NCBI GenBank assembly: GCA_963815195.1
Contig: CAWFGE010000012.1
Coordinates: 736,001-800,000, forward strand
Source of the DNA: an uncultured Planctomycetaceae bacterium
GTDB taxonomy: Bacteria; Planctomycetota; Planctomycetia; Planctomycetales; Planctomycetaceae
DNA length: 64,000 nucleotides
Direction of reading: 5' to 3'
Shown: positions 58,938 through 64,000 of the stretch, in pieces
Position numbering within the stretch: position 1 is the stretch's first letter
Layout of the letters: each line of letters starts with the position of its first letter
The notes under the pieces: generated by a model
The model's input: only the letters and a program-made list of their open reading frames with translations
Told to the model about the DNA's origin: nothing
The model's database searches: none
Made by a program: the position numbers and the translations under genes

Positions 58938-59855
58938 ATGTACCAAGCGATTGACGCGTTCCAGCGCTACCTCCAGATCGAGCGAAACGCTTCCGTGTTG
59001 ACGGTGAAGTCCTACGCGGAAGATTTCGGCAGCCTTCTGGAGTTTTTTTCTGCGCACGTCGGTGTTGTTCCCCAGCCGAGCGAAATCACCATCGCCCAAC
59101 TGCGGGCTTATGTTGCGTATCTTCACGAATGCCAATACGCGAGAAGCACGATCGCCCGCCGGCTGGCGTGTTTGCGAAGTTTTTTTCGCTACTGTTGCCG
59201 GGAAGGTTTGACGGAGCACAACCCCGCGAAGGCTTTACGCACGCCGCGGGCCGGCCGCAAGCTGCCGCACTTTCTGACGACCGAGCAGATCGCGAAGCTG
59301 CTCGAAGCCCCGCCCGCGAACCAGACCGAAGGCCTTCGCGACCGGGCGATGCTGGAAAGCATGTACTCGGCCGGTTTGCGGGTCTCGGAACTGGTGGGGC
59401 TCAACGTGGCCGACTGGGACCGCGATGCGAACATCTTCCGCGTCCTCGGCAAAGGCAAGAAAGAACGCATCGCCCCCGTGGGCAGTTACGCGGCGAAGGC
59501 GTTGGACCATTGGCTCCAAGTCCGAAAGCCCGCCGCGACCGCAGGCCCTTCCGATCAGTCGGCTCTGTTCTTAAACCGCTTCGGCAAACGTCTCTCCGAC
59601 CGCAGCGTCCGGCGGATGATCGACAAGTATCTCTTGCAAACCGGCCTGGAGCGAATCACCTCGCCGCACACGCTCCGCCACAGTTTCGCGACGCATCTCT
59701 TAGACGGCGGAGCCGACCTCCGCAGCGTGCAAGAGTTATTGGGCCATCAAAGCCTGACAACCACGCAGATCTACACCCACGTCAGCACCCGCCGGCTGCG
59801 GGAGACCTACGAGAAAGCCCACCCCCACGCTGCCGCTTCGAGATCGGGGGACTAA
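58938..59855 (+). CDS. xerC: Tyrosine recombinase XerC
   Basis: [81 protein letters not shown]. Confidence 0.9.
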   Translation: MYQAIDAFQRYLQIERNASVLTVKSYAEDFGSLLEFFSAHVGVVPQPSEITIAQLRAYVAYLHECQYARSTIARRLACLRSFFRYCCREGLTEHNPAKALRTPRAGRKLPHFLTTEQIAKLLEAPPANQTEGLRDRAMLESMYSAGLRVSELVGLNVADWDRDANIFRVLGKGKKERIAPVGSYAAKALDHWLQVRKPAATAGPSDQSALFLNRFGKRLSDRSVRRMIDKYLLQTGLERITSPHTLRHSFATHLLDGGADLRSVQELLGHQSLTTTQIYTHVSTRRLRETYEKAHPHAAASRSGD

Positions 59856-60066
59856 ATCACCGTGCGCGATCCCACGCCGGAAAATCCGAAATCCGAAATC
59901 CGAAACAAATTCCAATGACCGAAATCCCAATATCCAAACCCTGCGCGTCGGGCGTGCTTCATGAATGGACGGACTTGTTTGGGACATTCGGATTTTGGAT
60001 TTATTTCGGATTTCGGATTTCGTGCTTCGGATTTGCACCAGAAAAAACGCAAAATTGCGCAGACTG
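59856..60066 (-). repeat. ~210-bp 7-mer-repeat hairpin element, right of xerC (inverted copy)
   Basis: Starts atcaccgtgcgcg immediately after the xerC TAA and ends cgcaaaattgcgcagactg. Confidence 0.9.
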
Positions 60067-60100
60067 TTAGTCTCCCCGTCTCCCAATCTCCCCCTCTTCT

Positions 60101-61057
60101 TCACCCCCGCGGGTGGCAGCGTTGGTGGACCGCTTTTAGCCGGCTGTGCTCGACGTGGGTATAAATCTGCGTGGTGGCGATGCTCGCATGGCCGAGGATT
60201 TCTTGGAGGGCGCGAATCTCCGCGCCGCCGGCGAGCATGTGAGTCGCAAAGCTATGCCGGAGCGTGTGCGGGCTGACGTGGGCGCTCGCACCGATACGGG
60301 CGGCGTACTTTTTGACCAGCCGCCAGATCATCATCCGCGACAACTTGCGGCCGCCCCGCGCGACGAACAGATATTCGCAATCGCGGTTCGTGTGGCCCGT
60401 GAGGTCGCGGCGTTCGTGCTTGAGATACGCTTCCACCGCGGCGATGGCGACCGGGTTCAGCGAGACGATGCGCTCTTTGTTGCCTTTGCCGAGACATCGG
60501 CAGTAGGTTTCCTCCAAATGAATCCCGCTTTGGACGAGGCCCGAGACCTCCGAAGCCCGGCAGCCCGTCGCATACAAAAGCGCGAGCACCGCCCGGTCCC
60601 GTAACGGGTAGCGGTCATCGACCGTCCCCGGAGCCGAGAGCAGTTGGTTGACCTTCTCGGGACTGAGAACCTGCGGCAAGTATCGCCAGAGCTTAGGGGA
60701 ATTGAGTAACTCCACTACGCTCTCCAACAACACGCCTTCCAAAACCAGATAGCGGAAGAACATCTTGATCGACACCAGATGCCGGGCCACCGTCGTCGGG
60801 GCCAGTTGGCGGTCGCGCAGATGCGACAAATAATCCGTCAACAGGCCCAGGTTGACATCCTGAATCGAACGCGGCCCGTGCTTGGCGTACCACTCGAAGA
60901 ACTGCGTCAAGTCCGTCTGATAGGCCCGCAGCGTATTCGCGGCCATCCCGCACTCGGCCTTCAGGTAATGCAAGAAGGCCGAGAGATGCACGGACGGCGA
61001 AGACACCAATTCCCCAGCCGGCTGCCAATCAGCCGGCGGACGTTTACGCGGCGGCAT
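60101..61057 (-). CDS. xerD: Tyrosine recombinase XerD
   Basis: [72 protein letters not shown]-terminus. Confidence 0.88.
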   Translation of the reverse strand: MPPRKRPPADWQPAGELVSSPSVHLSAFLHYLKAECGMAANTLRAYQTDLTQFFEWYAKHGPRSIQDVNLGLLTDYLSHLRDRQLAPTTVARHLVSIKMFFRYLVLEGVLLESVVELLNSPKLWRYLPQVLSPEKVNQLLSAPGTVDDRYPLRDRAVLALLYATGCRASEVSGLVQSGIHLEETYCRCLGKGNKERIVSLNPVAIAAVEAYLKHERRDLTGHTNRDCEYLFVARGGRKLSRMMIWRLVKKYAARIGASAHVSPHTLRHSFATHMLAGGAEIRALQEILGHASIATTQIYTHVEHSRLKAVHQRCHPRG

Positions 61058-61182
61058 ATTCAGTCGATCTGTTCAAGGTCGGTCGGATCGAACCCACTTT
61101 CCTTGAAATCGACTTCCTTGGCGTTTCGTCACCAATGCCTTCGGCAAATCGCTTGTTGCAAGATAGATTCCGGACGTGCGTA

Positions 61183-63487
61183 CTAAGGCGAGTTCACCGG
61201 TTGTAGCGGGCATTTGGCGGCGACGAAGGTTTCTTTGCGGTCTTCGTTTTCAAACTCGACCGTCACCGTGCGCCGGCGGCCGAAACCGCCCACTTCGACC
61301 ACCACGCCCAACCCGTACCGCGGATGCCGAACGGATTGGCCTCGCTGAAAGCCTTGCGGAAGTTCCACGCCCTGCCCGCCGCCCGAGAGCAAATCCGCCC
61401 CTGTCATCAATCGGGGCATCGCGGTTGTTGCTGCGTTGCCCGTTGTTCGTATCGATGCTGACGGGAATTTTCTTCGTGAAGAATCATGGGGCTTACGCCC
61501 CACGCTCGCCGGGCTCTCGTGTTCGTCGGCAAAGCCCCGATAATCGAAAACCTCCACGCGGAAGTCGCGGTCCTTGAGGGGCATCTCCGTGAGGAAGGGG
61601 CTGGGAATCGTGGGGAGCAATCGGCCGCGAAACGCTGCGCATGCGGGTTTGCGTCAGGCACAACCGCTCCTCCGCGCGGGTCACGCCGACGAACAGCAGC
61701 CGGCGTTCTTCTTCCAACTCGCGGAGGTCGTTGTTCCGCATCGAGCGCTCGTGCGGGATGAGGTTGTTTTCCACCGCGACGATATATACCACGGGAAACT
61801 CCAGGCCCTTCGCGGCGTGGAGCGTCATCAGCGTCACCTGGCCCGCGGTTTCTTCCAGCGCGTCCACATCGTTGACGAGGCTGGTCAATTCCAGAAAACC
61901 TTCGAGCGACGCGTCCGAGCCCTCGGCTTCGTCGTATTGATGAGCCGCGGTCAAGAGTTCCTGCACGTTGGCGAGCCGGTTTTGGTCGTCTTCGGAATCG
62001 CTGTCGGCCCAGCCTGCGGTGTACTGCGTGCGGTCCAGCACGGTTTTCATGAGTTGCTCGACGGAGCCGCAATCGCCCCGCGAGAGTTCGCTCATCATGC
62101 GGGCGAACTTGTTGAGCGACACGACCGCCCGCTGGGACAGTTGCGGGCATTCGCGGGCTTTTTGGGCGGCTTCCAGGAGCGTGATACCCTGCGAGCCGGC
62201 CCAGCTCATCAGCTTTTTCTGCGTCGTCTTGCCGATGCCTCTTGTGGGCGTGTTGACAATCCGCCGGAAGGCGACGTAATCGTCGGGGTTATGGATGAGC
62301 TGCAAATACGCGAGCACATCCTTGATTTCCGCCCGCTCGTAAAACGCCACGCCCGCGGCGACCTGGTAAGGCACGCGGTGCCGGCGGAGGGCCTGCTCGA
62401 GCTCCCGCGAGAGGGCGTTCACGCGGTAGAAGATCGCGAAGTCCGACCACTGCCGCTCGCCCCGGTTGACTTGCTCGCGGATGTCCGCCGCGATCGCGTC
62501 CGCTTCGTGCGGGCCGTCGTCGAAGCTCATCAGTTCCACCGCTTCGCCGTCGGGGTTATCCGTGACCAACGCCTTGGCTTTGCGGTAAATGTTGTGCGAG
62601 ATCAAGCTGTCCGCCGCCCGCAGAATCTCCTTGGTGCTGCGGTAGTTTTGCTCCAGGCGCACGACGGCTGCGTTCGGGTAATCCGATTCAAACCGCAGGA
62701 TGTTGTCGATCTTCGCCCCCCGCCAGCCGTAGATGGATTGATCGGGATCGCCCGTGACGCAGAGATTCGGCAAATCCTGGGAGAGGGCCCGCACGATCTG
62801 GTATTGGGCCATGTTCGTGTCCTGGTATTCATCGACCATGATGTATTCATAGCGCGAATCCAGGTCGGCCCGCAATTCGGGGTTCTCCGAAAGCAGTGTG
62901 ACGACGTGCAAAAGCAGGTCGTCAAAATCCACGGCGCTCGCTTCGAGCAATCGCTCCTGATACCGCGGATAGACCTTGGCGAGCACGGCTTGGAAGGGAT
63001 CGCCGATGGCTTCTTCAAACCGCCGGGCGTATTCGTCCGCGGTGGTCATGTCGTTTTTCAAGCGGCTGATTTGCGACGCGACCCGCGCGGGCGAGAAGTG
63101 GACCGTGTCGAAGTCGAGTTCGTTCAGGACATCGCGGAGGAGTTGCTGCTGATCGGTGGTGTCGTAGATCGTGAAGTGGGGTTTGAGGCCCACGCCCCGG
63201 CCCCATTCGCGGAGCAAACGGGAACAGAAGCGGTGAAACGTGCTGACCCACACACGGGTGCCGGGCAAAAGCTGCTCCACGCGGTCGGCCATTTCGTTGG
63301 CGGCTTTGTTGGTGAAGGTGATCGCCAGGATTCGCCGGTGCGAAACGCCTTTTTCGACGAGCCGGGCCATGCGGCGGGTGATGACCCGCGTCTTTCCGGA
63401 GCCGGGACCGGCCAGCACCAGCAGCGGCCCTTGTTGATGATCCACCGCGTTCCATTGGTCGGCCGTCAAATCCGCCGGTCGAGACAC
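61183..63487 (-). CDS. pcrA: UvrD/PcrA ATP-dependent DNA helicase; frameshift near 61620
   Basis: LAGPGSGKT, VDEYQDTN, GDPDQSIYGWRGA, LEQNYRST, TLHAAKGLEF, EERRLLFVGVTRA; C-terminal G..VRHPRYGLG in the next frame. Confidence 0.93.
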
Positions 63488-63542
63488 TTGGGCACTCCTT
63501 TGTTTGAGTTTCCTTCTTCAGAAAAAGAGCGAACGGACAAAA

Positions 63543-63599
63543 TGAGCCGCGCACGCAGTAAGCGGGATATTGAAACTCCGCTTACTTCGTGCGCGGCTC
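63543..63599. repeat. REP-like inverted repeat (second copy of the 42167-42238 family)
   Basis: tgagccgcgcacgcagtaagcgg ... ccgcttacttcgtgcgcggctc. Confidence 0.85.
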
Positions 63600-63642
63600 C
63601 CTCGGATTCCGTCTGCTTCAATCCCTGAGAATTGACTGGGGA

Positions 63643-64000
63643 TTATTTCTCGGAACCGGCGGGTTCTTCGCGGGATTCCAGGTCGTTTTCCTTGTCGGCC
63701 GCGCCGAACGAGGCGCGGAAGGCTTTTTCGTTGGTGGTGACGGTTTTTTCCGGGCCGGCCATTTTCAAAAAGTAGATCGCCGACTTGGTGACCATCTTTT
63801 TCGCGTCCTCGGGGTCCGGCTCTTCCCAGCGGATGCCGATAATCACCGCCAGCATCCGGGCATTGGGCAGCGGCTTGGTTTTTTGCATGATCGGAGGACC
63901 GGTCGGCATATTATACGTGCCTTTGATGTCCACGAACACATACGGCGCTTCCTTGGCTGCGCCGCCTTGCTTGCTTTCGCCGGTCGTGATTTTCACCTGG
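63643..64000 (-). CDS. Hypothetical protein, C-terminal part (5' end outside window)
   Basis: Open frame with VDIKGTY..RMLAVII..YFLKMAGPEKTV. Confidence 0.6.
   Translation of the reverse strand, partial: QVKITTGESKQGGAAKEAPYVFVDIKGTYNMPTGPPIMQKTKPLPNARMLAVIIGIRWEEPDPEDAKKMVTKSAIYFLKMAGPEKTVTTNEKAFRASFGAADKENDLESREEPAGSEK

Noticed and set aside
58938..61057. xerC/xerD as integron or prophage integrases
   Set aside because: Both have canonical Xer length and motifs, lack the IntI insertion, sit beside pcrA, and have no attC array or phage genes nearby.

Overview
High-GC bacterial chromosomal window, almost certainly a planctomycete, judging by the DUF1501 and DUF1549/DUF1553 clusters, a YTV-type Cys-rich protein and Uma2 expansion. 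Contents in order: a fatty-acid beta-oxidation operon; DUF1501/PSD1 genes; a prkA-yeaH-spoVR operon with three interleaved Uma2 nuclease genes; floA; an MlrC peptidase; rnc; an H1-like basic protein; a GxxExxY gene; a four-helix-bundle gene; a decayed island at tRNA-Leu(CAA) (IS21 istA, chimeric AAA+ ATPase, Zn-ribbon serine recombinase, tyrosine integrase); spoIIM/RDD; DUF4331/TPR; and convergent xerC and xerD next to uvrD/pcrA. The most striking signal is non-coding. Small genes are bracketed by inverted arrays of short tandem repeats (a 7-mer AAATCCG family around the four-helix-bundle gene, a 9-mer ACACGAATC family around GxxExxY), with orphan and empty copies elsewhere. Two ~210-bp copies of the 7-mer element enclose the xerC ORF almost exactly, in inverted orientation. 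Many genes carry single-base frameshifts that look like sequencing or assembly indels. All product calls come from motif recognition by eye; no database searches were run.
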